A DNA stretch of 64,000 nt from Octopus vulgaris (lineage: Eukaryota): NCBI GenBank assembly GCA_951406725.2, contig OX597826.1:43028001-43092000 (forward strand). Reading direction: 5' to 3'. This document shows positions 1 to 13,216 of the stretch, one piece after another. Position 1 is the first letter of the stretch. Every line of letters starts with the position of its first letter. The notes beneath the pieces are model-generated. The model had not been told where the DNA came from. It ran no database searches and was given only the letters and a program-made list of their open reading frames with translations. The translations under genes were made by a program, and so were the position numbers.

Positions 1-139
1 AACCTGAAAGCATGTAGTTGCAAGGCAAACTTCTTAACCACACAACCATACCTATGCCTATGTACACACATAATTTATTGTGAATTTCTGATCAAATATA
101 TTTTAACATAACTGATTTTATTATTTGAAAAAGCCAAAG

Positions 140-600
140 GTTGATGGATTTGGAAAACTGTTAGAACATTGGACAAAAGCTTTGAGGAATTTAGTTATGT
201 ATCTTTTTATTCTGAATTCAGATTCTGTTGAGGTTAACTTTGTCTTTTAATCTACAGGGGTCGATAAAGTATAACCAAGTACAAATGGTTGATTTAACCA
301 ATGAACATCTTCCCCTTCAAAGTTGTTTGTCTTATTCCTCAGTTAGAAACCATTATTTTAAAAAGACAAAGGGTAGTGAATTGATATAGAATCGTTAGAA
401 CATTGAACGAAATACTTTGTGGTATTATTCAGTTACGGCTCTTCACATTATGAGTTCAAATTTTGCCCAGGTCAATATTGCCTTTCATCCTACCAAAGGA
501 TTGAATCTCTATGCCAACCAAGTGTTGAGGATTGATTTTAATTAACTAATTGTCTTAACCCTTCAAAGTGCTGTCCTTGTGTCAGAAATTATTATTTTAA
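140..600 (+). mobile_element. Two adjacent diverged copies of SINE family B (older tail variant)
   Basis: Both carry degenerate versions of 'gagttcaaattccgccgaggtcgactttgcctttcatcctttcggggtcgataaa' followed by the 'cttcaaagtgctggccttgtg' tail seen in other copies. Confidence 0.65.
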
Positions 601-1014
601 AAAGTCATAAGAAAATATCTAATTTAAACAAGCAATGTTTTGATGTGGATTAATAAACTGAGATAAAATATCAAAGAGACAGGGGATGGAGATCACAAAA
701 GGATGCTCAGTCAAACGGTGTAGTTTTATCAGACAAACTTTTAAAGAAGCCTCTTGTGTTTGTTTTTCCTCCTGGAAAGATATAATATACTTTGTACAGT
801 TGGTGGTGGTTACTAATTAAATCAGACCCAATTTAAATCAACAGACAGAATTGATATTATCAAACAGTGTACTGTTTAAACAACATCTATTTATATACTG
901 TTTAGGTATTGCCTTACATACAACAATGGACATATAAAAGTATTATTAGCATGTCTTTCTTTACTCTCTCTCTCTCCCTCCCTCCCTCCACACACACACA
1001 CACACACACATATA

Positions 1015-1211
1015 GGTGTAGGAGTGGCTGTGTGGTAAGTAGCTTGCTTACAAACCACATGGTTCCAGGTTCAGTCCCACTGCGTGGCACCTTGGGCAAG
1101 TGTCTTCTACTATAGCCTTGGGCTGACCAAAGCCTTGTGAGTGGATTTGGAAGACGGAAACTGAAAGAAGCCCGTTGTATATATGTGTGTGTGTGTGTAT
1201 ATATATGTATA

Positions 1212-1254
<43 letters not shown>

Positions 1255-1407
1255 ATATGTGTGTGTGTGTGTATATATATATGTTTGTGTGTCTGTGTTT
1301 GTCCCCCCAACATCGCTTGACAACTGATGCTGGTGTATTTACGTCCCCGTAATGTAGCGGTTTGGCAAAGAGACCGGTAGTATAAGTACTAGGCTTACAA
1401 AGAATAA
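1015..1407 (+). mobile_element. tRNA-derived SINE family A, 3'-truncated
   Basis: Head 'ggagtggctgtgtggtaag...ggttcagtccc' has A/B-box-like motifs. Central 'gccttgtgagtggatttgg..ggaaactgaaagaagccc' and internal (TA)/(TG) tract are shared with many copies in the window. Confidence 0.9.
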
Positions 1408-1409
1408 AT

Positions 1410-1703
1410 CAGAAATCATTTTTAAAATGAGAATATCTGAAATAAACTTAACTGCTCTCACAAACGAGAATACTAAAAATGAACCCGAACGCTCTCAAAA
1501 ATTAAGTAAAAAAACAGGAAAAATAATTCAGAATTTTTGTCCAGTACCAGATCGATCCCAATATTTAATCAGTGTGTGCCAGTCACGTGGCCAAACATCC
1601 CTGAAAGTTTCATCCAGTGATTCTTGAGATATCTTGTCCATGGACAAAAAAACAAACACAACTGGAAACAATACCTCCACCTTCGCTAAGGCGGAGGTAA
1701 TAA
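1410..1703 (+). mobile_element. Helitron/Helentron-associated (HINE-like) non-autonomous element
   Basis: Ends in GC-rich hairpin TACCTCCACCTT-cgct-AAGGCGGAGGTA (1672-1699), preceded by 'aagtttcatcc...ttcttgagatatc...acaaacaca', an arrangement typical of HINE-like 3' ends. Confidence 0.55.
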
Positions 1704-1779
1704 ATAAGCATCACATTTGACAGAATAATCTAAATGCTAAATGGTTAAAGCAATAATGATGATGATGTTGATGACAACT

Positions 1780-2157
1780 TGCTGAGTCTAGAGGGTGAGG
1801 CAGTGTCCAATGACCATTGTAGGATTACCTCCAAGGATGGTAAGCATGATGTAATTGATGTGTTTAAACTATTGCAGGAAAGCCATGAGCACAGAGGAAA
1901 TTGCAGAAGGCCAGTGCTCTGGAGAGTGCAGCATGATTTTTGCAAGCCCCATGAGATTGGTGAGATTGATGTTCTATTTAAACTGTTGCAGGGAGAAGAT
2001 TCCAGAAGGTCAATGTTCTGGGCAGGAAGGATTGGGTGCAGTAGCTAGTGTAGGATTGGGAAGGTTGGATGCAACAAGGGTGATGAGAAGTAGAGTGGAA
2101 GAGCCTGAGGGAAGGAGGTATCAGACTCAACAGTTTTGAGGAACAGAGGCCATTATA
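1780..2157 (-). pseudogene. Decayed CR1-group LINE ORF2 C-terminus / 3' end
   Basis: Minus frame reads YNGLCSSKLLSLIPP...QSFLPRTLTFWNLLPATV*, matching the SFFPRT..WN.LP motif at the end of CR1/L2/Jockey-type ORF2. Confidence 0.7.
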
Positions 2158-2764
2158 TTAATGATAACAGAGAGAGAGAGAGAGAGAGAGGAGACAGTAT
2201 GCCTGTGGTTCAGAGGCTGGAACATGTTTTAGTTATATAATTATAAAGAAAAAATATTAGGTTAACGAATTATTTTTTGTTGTTCTAAAAGTAATTAGAA
2301 TATTTTCATTATTGTTTTTTAAAGAATTAATTGGAGAAGTAGGTGGAGAGGGACAGTGGCCATGACATTTGCAGATTCTCCAAGACTGACTGGCGAGATC
2401 AATACAGTTAATGCTGATAAATATTGATATTAATGTAATATAAGAAATATTAGATTATCAATACTAATGAGAAGCCAAGAAATTTTTAAAATTTCATGAG
2501 AAGCATTATAAAAAAAAAACAAAAACAAAGCAAAAAAACAAACAAAAAAACAAACAAACAAAACAAGAAGCTATGGTAATTGATTGAAATAAAAATGAAA
2601 ATGAACTTATTTCCAAATGAAATTAAAATGTGCTTCTTGTATGTTTCACCAAAATATCTGACACCAGACCAGTGTTTCTCAAACTATTTTTTACCTATGA
2701 ATCCCTTTGATTCTTATTTTACTCAGGTGGACCCTCATAGCCATTTGATGTTTAAAAGATCCTA

Positions 2765-3133
2765 GTGGCCCTGTGGTAAGAAGCTTGTTTCCCAACCACA
2801 AGATTCTGGGTTCAGTCCTATTGTGTGGCACCTTGGGCAAGTGTCTTCTACTATAGCCTCGGGTCGACCAAAGCCTTGTGAGTGGATTTGGTAAATGGAA
2901 ACTGAAAGAACTCCATCGTATATGTATGTATGTGTGTGTTTGTTTGTCCTCCTAATATTGCTTGACAACTGATGTTGGTGTGTCTATGTCCCCGTAACTT
3001 AGTGGTCCGGTAAAAGAGACTGATAGAATAAGTACTAGGCTTACAAAGAATAAGTCTTGGGGGTCGATTTGCTTGACTTAAAGGCAGTGCTCCAGCATAG
3101 CCACAGTCAAATGATTGAAACAAATAAAAAGAA
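2765..3133 (+). mobile_element. SINE family A
   Basis: Near full-length match to other family A copies, ending '...gtcaaatgattgaaacaaataaaaaga'. Confidence 0.9.
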
Positions 3134-3228
3134 TATTTTTATAATTAAATATTATAAGAAATTTTATAAAAAAAAAAAAGCAATTATTAAAATATGAAGT
3201 AGGAGCATTAAGCAGTAATATGTATAAA

Positions 3229-3339
3229 TGCAATGTTACTACCAGTTTAAATATGCTGGTGGCATGTTTGGGCTAATAAATGACTTGTTTATTAGTTCAA
3301 AAGTGCCACAAACTTATTTGAACTGGCAGTAACACTGCA
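3229..3339. repeat. ~110-nt imperfect palindrome (miniature MITE-like hairpin)
   Basis: Arms pair: TGTTACT/AGTAACA, CCAGTTTAAATA/TATTTGAACTGG, GTGGCA/TGCCAC, TTTGGGCTAATAAA/TTTATTAGTTCAAA, around a 7-nt loop. Confidence 0.75.
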
Positions 3340-3915
3340 ATTGTTAAAATATTTTCTGTATTGTAGAAGCAGGGTCAATTTGAAAGTTCTGAATAAAAAT
3401 CTTCCACCAAACCTTAGTCCCAATTTATGTTCCTAACACCAGCTTAATGATAACTAAGTTATTTTACTAAATTATTTGTTATTTTAAAAATCAATTGAAA
3501 GAAACACAGAGCATCTCAACAGAAATATGGCAACAAAGGGGTTAAGTCTGTGTAAAAAGAGCAGTACTCATATTGGTGGAAGAAAAAGGAGTTAGTCATA
3601 AACCAGAGATATGGCCTTCGGCTTAGCAATAGAATGAACTTTTATTAAGTGTCACTCAAGTGCCAGATGGAGGTGTTAAACTGGGTAGTGGGTTGTCATC
3701 TACATAAGAACTGATATGGTCAATCCACCAAATACTCCACAACCTTTCTCTCTTCCATGATATCACTCAAAAAATAGTTAGGGGTAATCTGCAGATATGG
3801 ATAAAAAAACTTGCCCAAGGTTGTATAAAATCTAGAAAGATGTGGTTGCGAGGTAAGCTACTGTGCCATGCTTTTTAACTCTTTCCATCTATTATGAAAC
3901 TTTTTTTTTTTTAAA

Positions 3916-4296
3916 GGTACAGGAGTGGCTGTGTGGTAGGTAGCTTGCTTACCAACCACATGGTTATGGGTTCAGTCCCACTTCGTGGCACCTTGGGCAA
4001 GTGTCTTCTACTATAGCCTTGGGCTGACCAAAGCCTTGTGAGTGGATTTGGTAGATGGAAACTCAAAGAAGCCCGTCGTATATATGTATATGTGTGTGTG
4101 TATGTCACCCCAATATCGCTTGACAACCGATGCTGGTGTGTTTACGTCTCTGTAACTTAGCGGTTCGGCAAAAGAGACTAATAGAATAAGTACTAGGCTT
4201 ACAAAGAATAACTCCCAGGGTCCATTTACTTGACTAAAGGCAGTGCCCCAGCATGGCCGCAGTCAAATGACTAAAACAAGTAAAAGAGTAAAGAGT
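3916..4296 (+). mobile_element. SINE family A, full length
   Basis: Complete head, centre and tail ending in 'gtaaaagagtaaagag'. Confidence 0.92.
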
Positions 4297-5326
4297 GAGA
4301 CATGGTTGTGTTGTTAATAAGTTTGCCTTGTAGCCATGTTGTTTTGTGTTCTGTGGAACTGACCAACACCTTGGTCAAGTGTCTTCTACTATAGCCCTAG
4401 GCCAACTATTGTCTTGTAAGCAAATTTGGTACAGTACAAAATCCATTTTATGCACATGTGTGCCATCACATATGAGAATATTTACATTCTGTGATGTCAC
4501 TGAACTATAAGATGGAGCTGTCTGTTGCCATTGTCCTATCAAAACATTTTTAGATAGCTCAGCAAGTTAAGCTTAGTGGAATGAATACTACTTGAAAAAA
4601 TAAGGTTTGAAACAGGAAGGGAATCCAGCTGTAAAAATAACCTCCACTAAAAAAAAAAAAAATGCATATTCATCTAACCCATGCTATCTCGATAAAAAAA
4701 AGTGAATAAACAAATAAATTTACTGATAAGAGGAGTTTTGTCCCTGTACATTTGGTAGGATATTAATCAAGAATTATGATTTTCTGAACAAGAAAACAAT
4801 TTGGCTCAAAATTAAACCAGGATTTTAAACAATTGTTCTGTAATTGCTATTTTGGTGATTTGCCAATAAATTAAATAGAAGATTTATAAAATTAACGTCT
4901 CATTCGAAGAGAACCAAAATAGGGATTGGCTTCCAGAAGCTTAATTTACTATTTTATAATTATCAAATATGTTTATTGTTTGGCAATTTTCTTTTCTTGC
5001 AGCTGACAAAATTTGTTACAGATGAAATTTTAGCTCCTTGACCGTTTTGTAACCATATATTTGTTGAAATACATTGTCTTTTGCTTAAATTAATTTTGAA
5101 AATAATGAAGGATTTAGTGAAATTATCTTGTCATTTGCTGGTGTTTGGAACATAAGTGAACATAAAATTTTGAGGGAAAATGTTAATTTGGATCATTTTA
5201 AGCAGGGAGTCTATGCAATGTATCAGGGGTTGTTATAGGCGATTTCATATCAGAGGGGATTAAATTTTGACACTGGTTCCTGAAGGATATGGAGCTAAAT
5301 CCTCCTCTGCCTCATCATGTCCACTA

Positions 5327-5515
5327 GGCGTAGGAGTGGCTGTGTGGTAAGTAGCTTGCTTACCAGCCACATGGTTCCGGATTCATTACCACTGCGTGGC
5401 ACCGTGGGCAAGTGTCTTCTACTATAGCCTCGGGCCGACCAAAGCCTTGTGAGTGGAATTGGTAGATGGAAACTGAAAGAAGCCCATCGTATATATGTAT
5501 ATATATATATATATG

Positions 5516-5598
<83 letters not shown>

Positions 5599-5823
5599 GT
5601 GTGGTGTGTGTGTGTGTGTGTTAGTCCCCCCCCAACATCACTTGACAACCGATGGTGGTGTGTTTACGTCCCTGTAACTTAGCGGTTCGGCAAAAACAGA
5701 CTGATAGAATAAGTACTAGGCTTCCAAAGAATAAGTCCTGGGGTCACATTGCTCGACTAAAGGCAGTGCTCCAGCATGGCCACAGTCAAATGACTGAAAC
5801 AAGTAAAAGAGAGTAAAGAGAGT
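5327..5823 (+). mobile_element. SINE family A, full length, expanded internal (TA)n/(TG)n
   Basis: Starts 'ggcgtaggagtggctgtgtggtaag', ends 'aagtaaaagagagtaaagag'. Confidence 0.92.
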
Positions 5824-7942
5824 ATTCCTAGAGGGAATTTTTTAAAAACAGATTTTCTAAGGGCCAGGTGCCCTTTCTATCAGTGACTTATACCTGTTTC
5901 CACATAAGATAACATTTATCCATATTTGTACATGCTTCCATGAGAGATTGGAAATGATGAGAACCACTTGTATGATGATGATGATGATGCTGTATGACGG
6001 TCAAGCCAAGGAGACACACACACCTCCATGCATGCATGTACATACACACACACAGGTTTCTTTCAATTTCCACCAACCAGATCAATGCACAAGGCTGTAG
6101 GTTGGCCCAGGGCTACAGCAGAAGACAATTGCCCAAGGCACCATGCAATGGAACCAAACTTGGAATCATGTGGTTGGGAAAGAAACTTATTGATCACAGC
6201 CATGCCTGCTCCTTACAAACTTCTTAACCTCATAGCCATGCCTGGGCTAAATATCTAAGAGAACTTCCATTTTAGTCTTTATAATAGAAGTGGTAAAACA
6301 AGGAATCGCCAATGAATGTTTAACTAGAGCCAACTGCTTTCCATTAAGCTGTTTAGTGATTGTAAACATTTGGCAAAGAACATCAGAGCATTACACACAT
6401 TTAACCAACTGTTGTGTTATACTATGAAATGCAATTTCTATGCCAGAGTTTTCTGTTTATAAAAGCAAACAAAACAGAAATATATATGATTAAATGCACA
6501 TTAAAAATATCACCACATTTTGTCATTTTATGAACTGGCTTTATACAGTAACAAATTTTCTATTTGAACTTTAACAAATTCACACAATAAACATGAAATT
6601 TACTCCTACATTTTGTGCATGAATAAAATAACATGCTTATTAGTGCAGGTAAATATACAAAACTATTACATCAAGTTTTTTTTATTTTTTATGAGGGATT
6701 GTGTGTGTATGTGTGTGTGTGTGGGAAAAAATGTAAAAGTTCAAACAAATCAGAATACTTTTATACACAGGTCATGACTGAAAACAGCAAACGAATAAAG
6801 TAATCCTACCAAAACAACTGTGAGAACATTATACAAGCAATAAATACAGGAGAGACCAAACAAATAAAAAAATGTCTAATGTAAGAAATTCAATTCCTGT
6901 ATCTCACGAGGGTCACTGATTGGCTGAACTACTAATCAAGCAATCAATTAGTTAATTGGTTAAATAGTTAACCTACTGACAAATAAAACAATAAAGAAGT
7001 GACATATAATCCATGTGTAAGTTAATTATTGGTGCAATGATCCTCCCAAGATACAGCAAAATATGTTTCAAGACATTAGTTTACATCAAGAATCTCACAA
7101 ACCAAATATAAAAAAAAAACAAAAACGAAAAAAGAAAATATTAATTCCTGTAGTTTTATGTAAAATACCAGGTGGCTATTATTCGGTACCTCCGATAGTA
7201 ATTACTAGAAAAATTGATGGAATGTGTCTATAAATTCATGGCAAAATACACATTTTATATGCTAGAAAATAAACATGGTATGGAAATAGCCAATAACCAT
7301 TTGATTCAAAGTAAGCTGCCACAGTTTACAGTTCTCATTTCTGAGTTTGTGTGTGTGAGTGTGTGTGTATGTGTGTGTCAGCTGATGAAATGGTGTGTAA
7401 CAATTCGAATTAACATAATGCTACCTAATAAATTATGTAATGGACTCACATTTGAATTAAACCATTGCTACTGAAATGCGTGTAGTGATGTTTTAAACTA
7501 TCCATTTGCTTTTGTTTACTGTGTGTGTGTGTGTGTGTATTAAGTCATAACCGACAGAAATAGTTTGATGAAATTTTATTTAACAATAAGAAAATTCTAA
7601 TATCATGACAAATTGTTTTGTAACCGAAAAACATGTAAATAATTTACATTGTTATATTTAATAATAAATAAATTACTTCATTTGTCTGCAATAATGCAAA
7701 ATTCAAAAAATCCTTCAAAATAATGCAGAATTTAAGCTACGATTACAGGTGAAGGAAAGTCTTTGTTAAATATGATTCTCTTTAACTAGTATCAGCTTGA
7801 GAACTGCGGTTATGCTGGAGCATATAAAATTACAGGCATGGCTGCGTGGTTGAGGAACTTGTTTCCCAATCATGTGTTCTCAAGTTCATTTCCATTGTGC
7901 TGCAGTTTGGGTAAGTCTTTTCCTATATTTCCAGGTCAAATA

Positions 7943-8172
7943 GGCGGCGAGCTGGCAGAAACGTTAGTGCAACGGTCGAAATGCTTAGCGGTATTTCGTC
8001 TGTCGTTACGTTCTGAGTTCAAATTCCGCTGAGGTCGACTTTGCCTTTCATCCTTTCGGGGTCGATAAATAAAGTACCAGTTTCGCACTGGGGTCGATGC
8101 AATCAACTTAATCCCTTTGTCTGTCCTTGTTTGTCCCCTCTATGTTTAGCCCCTTGTGGGTAGTAAAGGAAT
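7943..8172 (+). mobile_element. SINE family B (MetaSINE-like core), full length
   Basis: 'ggcggcgagctggcagaaacgttag...gagttcaaattcc' head, then 'gtcgactttgcctttcatcctttcggggtcgataaataaagtaccag', which resembles the Meta/Sauria-SINE core as I recall it. Confidence 0.85.
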
Positions 8173-9677
8173 ATATATTTTCTGGCCAACAAAAGCTTTG
8201 TGAGTAGATTTGGTAGACAGAATCTGAGAGAAAACTGTTGTATGTGTGTATGTTTGCATATATACACAGAAAGATAGACACATACATATGTGAAGATTTA
8301 CTAAAACAGTAGCTCTCAAACTGATAGATACAAGGCCACTTCTACAAAAAAATATCAATGGAAAATCTCCTCTACTTTATCAATGAGAAGACAGAAGAGA
8401 GATTACATCCACACAATTCCTCCGAGTTTGCCACAGAACTGGATAAGTTAAAAAAATTTTTAAACCTTTTCTCTTCATTAGAGACATAATTTATCAAGGC
8501 AGAAAGACACCAGTTATTTGTTGTCCACAAGAAATCACACCATCCTCATTGTTTAATGGTCATGCTCCATGTTGGCATGGGTTGGATGGTTTGACAAGAT
8601 CTGATGGCTCCAAGGACCGTATTGTACTTCCATGTCTGTCTGCTTTGCCATGGTATCTATGGTGAGATGCCCTACTTAATACCAACCACCTCATGTATAT
8701 CTGGCACATGTGTCCTGGGCTCTTTTTTTTTGTACCACCAGTACTAGGCAAGTCACCATACAATTTGCAAAACTACATCTCCAACTTCTTTAACCAGAAT
8801 AAATATACAATAAGACTAAAACTAATGAAGTTAACCACATTCTATCTTTCTCACATATAGATGCACACACACACACATTCTGATATTGGTAACAACAAGA
8901 GAAAGCAAAATAAGGAATGAATAAATAAATATGTTATCAGCTCACACGCTTGCTGTAGAGATGTAACACAACAAAAGAAATTGGGTTAGAAAATCTAATC
9001 CACCATTTTGGAAAAATCTATATCCATTGAAAAGGTCACAATGGTGATGTGTGTAAAAAAATTTTGAGGAGAAAAAGAAAATTCAGCAAGAAAAACCAAA
9101 AAATACAGACAAACAAACAACTACGGAGTGTATTTGTAAGTTTTGATAATATGGCCCTTCCAAAATATAGAATAATCATCCATTTTCCATTTCCTCTTCT
9201 TCAAAATTAGACTCTATGTCTACAGATTTGACAAGATGCAGTAGCTTGGAAAAGGATCTGCTGCACAGTCAGACATATTTGTGTCAGAAAGGATAAAGAG
9301 TAAAGATTCAATAAGTTGTAGGGTAGAGGATAATAGCTTAGAAGACGTAACTGATTGATCTTACTGTTTTATTTATATGTTGTAAGGATTCAAGTTAACT
9401 CAGTCGAATGTAATGCTTATTAATTCATATTGTTTTGAATTACTCATGCATTATCTTATAGCTTTGAGATTTTGATGATGATGCAAATGTTATTCTTTGA
9501 ATGTCATTGTTAAATAGGTGTGAGAGGCAGGATTTGGTTGGCTTTTAATATAAAACAGGTAGAATATATTTTGGCTGGATATGGCCAGTTTACATGCTAA
9601 ATAGTTAAATGCTGTAGGGATTCTGGTTAATGCTTTGATTATTACCTCTAAGGCAGAAAGACATTTCCAGTAGATCA

Positions 9678-9679
<2 letters not shown>

Positions 9680-9756
<77 letters not shown>
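9680..9756. repeat. (AG)n microsatellite
   Basis: Pure AG dinucleotide run. Confidence 0.97.
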
Positions 9757-9758
<2 letters not shown>

Positions 9759-11204
9759 AAAACATGGAGAGATGAGAAAGATTCTTGTAATAATTTTACA
9801 CAGATCTACATGTCTATCTGTTAATTCAAGAATGAAAAGAGTAGAAGGTTAGAGCTGGATTTTCCTTCTATGACACAGAAGAACTTTCAAGATGAAGCTC
9901 TTGAGTTCTTGCAATAAATGGTTGTACATAATCATATCATGCTGTTAGCCATAGGTCAGCTATGACAGAGCAGACTTATGAGCAAAACCAATCCAGCCAT
10001 GGCAATTCATTCTTTTTGTTATCTTCAGATATTGCATACCTAAAATTACTTTATCCAACGTGACTTTTATATTTTTTTCCCTCTAAATGAGAGGCTGTGA
10101 TTCGAAGATTTGGTTGATATTTCTAGCAGACTGAGCAATAATGTAGATACTCCCTTGATGGTTTATATAGTGTATGATACTGCATATTGAAGGAGAGAAA
10201 ATGAAGAATACAGAAGTGGGTAGATGAAGTAATAGTTGTGAATTGAGTGGCATACAGCCATACAAGTGTGGGAAGCATGAGTAGACAAAAAAAAAAAAAA
10301 AAATAATAAATAAATAAATAAAAAGCGAGAAGACAACATAATGATGAACCAAACTAAATATTGTGGATCGATTAGACAAACAGAGTATAAAAGCATCTTC
10401 ATTCTTCTTTCCCCCTAAGTGCAATTTAGAATAAACTATGTATATCTAATAATTTTACCTCATATAATTGGGGAAAACATAATTTCTAGCTAGCTCTGGA
10501 ATTGATATAGCATCCTAAACTGCTGCTGCAGCATACAGCACTCAATCAAGTTTATGCACATTCCTGTATAAGTCTAGAAAATATTAAAACAGAAAGCACA
10601 CAAAGAAAAAAAAAAAAATACCGAAGAGAGAAAGAAAAGAAAATTATCTGCATACATAGAAAATTACTTTACACTTATTTATCTAGTGGAAAATAAAATA
10701 AAAACAAGTAAACAAACAAATAAAAAAGTTTCCCCCTTGGGCAAAAGTCTGACAGATTTTCTGAATACTATTTATCAAAATCCATTTACATATTTGCATT
10801 GACTTCTGAACTGAATAAAATACTTTATTAACCATAACTTAATCTTCTCGATCTTCCAAACTAATTATTCTAGAGGTAGATTTTCAGAACGATTCTATAA
10901 AGCAGCATATCAGGTATTTTGACATCTAAATCTGAAATGGATTCCATTAAAAGAAAATAATAATAATAATAATAATTTATAATAAACTATCTGCTGTACA
11001 AGATTTTCATCTGCCATAACTAAGACAGACAGAAATAGTTTTTGTAAACTATCTCACTTAATTGTATTAGAGGAAGCAGAAACTTCAACTGGAGTTTAGT
11101 AAAACATAGATCAGCTGAATTTTTCAAGAGATTGCAATTACAGAGTGGAATTGGTAAAATTTCATTTTCAAAACTTCTCAGTCACACTGCATGCAATCTT
11201 GATG

Positions 11205-12005
11205 TAGCTGTGTGCTAAGAACTTTGCTTCCAAAACCATGGTTCTGGGTTCAATCCTACTGTGTGATACCTTCGGGGCAGCTGTCTTCTATTACAACTGC
11301 AGGTTGGACCAAAGCCCTGTGAGTGGATTTGGTAGCTAGAAACTGAAAGAAGCAAGCTGGCAGAGACTTTAGCACATTGGGCGAAATGCTTAGCAGTAGT
11401 TTGTCTGCTGCTTTGTTCTGAGTTCAAATTTTGCCGAGGTCGACTTTGCTTTACATCCTTTCGGGGTCGATAAATTAAGTACCAGTTACGCACTGGGGGT
11501 TGATGTAATCGACTTAATCCATTTGTCTGTCCTTGTTTGTCCCCTCTGTGTTTAGCCCCTTGTGGGTAGTAAAGAAATAGGTATTTCTTCTGCCGTTACG
11601 TTCTGAGTTCAAATTCTGCCAAGGTTGACTTAGCCTTTCATCCTTTTGGGGTCGATTAAATAAGTACCAGTTACGCACTGGGGTTGATGTAATTGACTTA
11701 ATCCCTTCGTCTGTCCTTGTTTGTCCCCTTTATGTTTAGCCCCTTGTGGGCAATAAAGACATAAGAAACTGAAAGAAGCCTATCAAGTATGTGTGTATGA
11801 GTTACTGTCTCATTGCTTTGATATTGTGTGATAGCTGTAAGCGAGTGTCATAATGTTAGCAATGTCCTTTGTTTCCAATATTCTGTGATAAACACGACTG
11901 GTCTTGGAGTAACAAGTGAGGGTTGGCAACAGGAAGGGTGTCTTTCCATACAAAATCTGCCTTAACAAAATCAAGTATAGAAAAGTTGACGTTAAAATGA
12001 TCTAT
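11205..12005 (+). mobile_element. SINE with family-A head and RTE-like tail (family G), interrupted by a family B dimer
   Basis: A-type head at 11205-11353 resumes at 11764 and ends 'gggttggcaacaggaagggtg...gttgacgttaaaatgat'. Confidence 0.75.
11354..11763 (+). mobile_element. SINE family B tandem dimer with 16-bp target-site duplication
   Basis: Two body units joined at 'aaagaaatag|gtatttc' (11580/11581). Flanked by AGAAACTGAAAGAAGC at 11338-11353 and 11764-11779. Confidence 0.9.
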
Positions 12006-13216
12006 CTATACCCTTCTCTCTCTCTGTGTGTATATATATATATTCAGGTTTGGTCATGTATGGAGTTATTACTGTCCTTATACATTGCATGTTCTACTTG
12101 AAAGAAGGCACTTTGTTTCATGCCATTTGTCTTGAGAAATGGCAGCCATGTTATGTAATCGGAATCGATGCTGTTGCACAAAGAAGAGATGTTAAAAGAC
12201 ATTCTTTGAACAGAATTATTTTAAAATTTTATTTGTAAATAATTTATTATCAGTGATAACTTTTCTAAACGTCTAACATCCATGAGGATTTGATATATAC
12301 AGTAGCACTGTTAGGTGAGAACATCTTTTTCTACATTTAGCACACAAGTCAGCTGCTATTTCCAGCATGATGAACATCTGCATAAAGGCTCCTTTATTGG
12401 CTTGTTGTTACATCCAGGTTATAGCTTAGAAGACAAATGTGGGTTCTCCACAAAACATTATAAATTATGGATGGTATCGGTGATATACATCATTTTATAT
12501 TTGCTTTCCATGATGGTACAAGCTGGATGGCTTGAGAGGGTCTAAGTTGGACAGCTGCATAGTGTGCCAGTGCTGATGAGGACAGGATAAGGCAGGCATG
12601 TCTAGAGTTCACTCCATGTTTTTTTTTTAGAAGAACGATTTTCTATTTACACACAAGGCTGGCAATTTTTTTCAGGGTAAGAGTTAGTCAATACCATCAG
12701 CACTAGTAATTGACTGGTAATTTATTTTATTAACCCAGACTAGAAGAAAGGTGAAATTGACTTTGGTGATATTTTAATTAAGAATTTAAAGAACAGCAAC
12801 AAATATTTCATTGCATTCTTTTCGACACTCCAATATTGATTCTGCTAATCTGTCACCCTAATTAAAATACTCAAATTAAGTCATTAGTTAATATTGGTTT
12901 CAAATTTTGGCACAAGGCCAGTAAGTTCTGTGGTGGAAGAAGGGGGCTAGTCATTTACATCAACCCCAGTACTCAACTGGTACGTACTTTATCAACCCTG
13001 AAAGGATGAAAAGTAAAGTTGATTTTGGTGGAATTTGAACTCAGAATGTAAATACAGATGAAATGCTATAAAACATTTTGCCAGCATGCTAATAATTCGG
13101 CTAGCTTGCTGCCACCCCTTTGATACCACCAACCAGCCTGAAATTGCCCCAAGTTCTACGAAATAAACTTACTGTTTTGAAGTGGTCTAAATTATAATCT
13201 TCTCTTTTTTTATTCC

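Noticed and set aside
909-1352. Recurring ORFs with peptides such as [27 protein letters not shown] and SEFKFRQGRLCLSSF
   Set aside because: They are translations of non-coding SINE copies and recur wherever the SINEs do.
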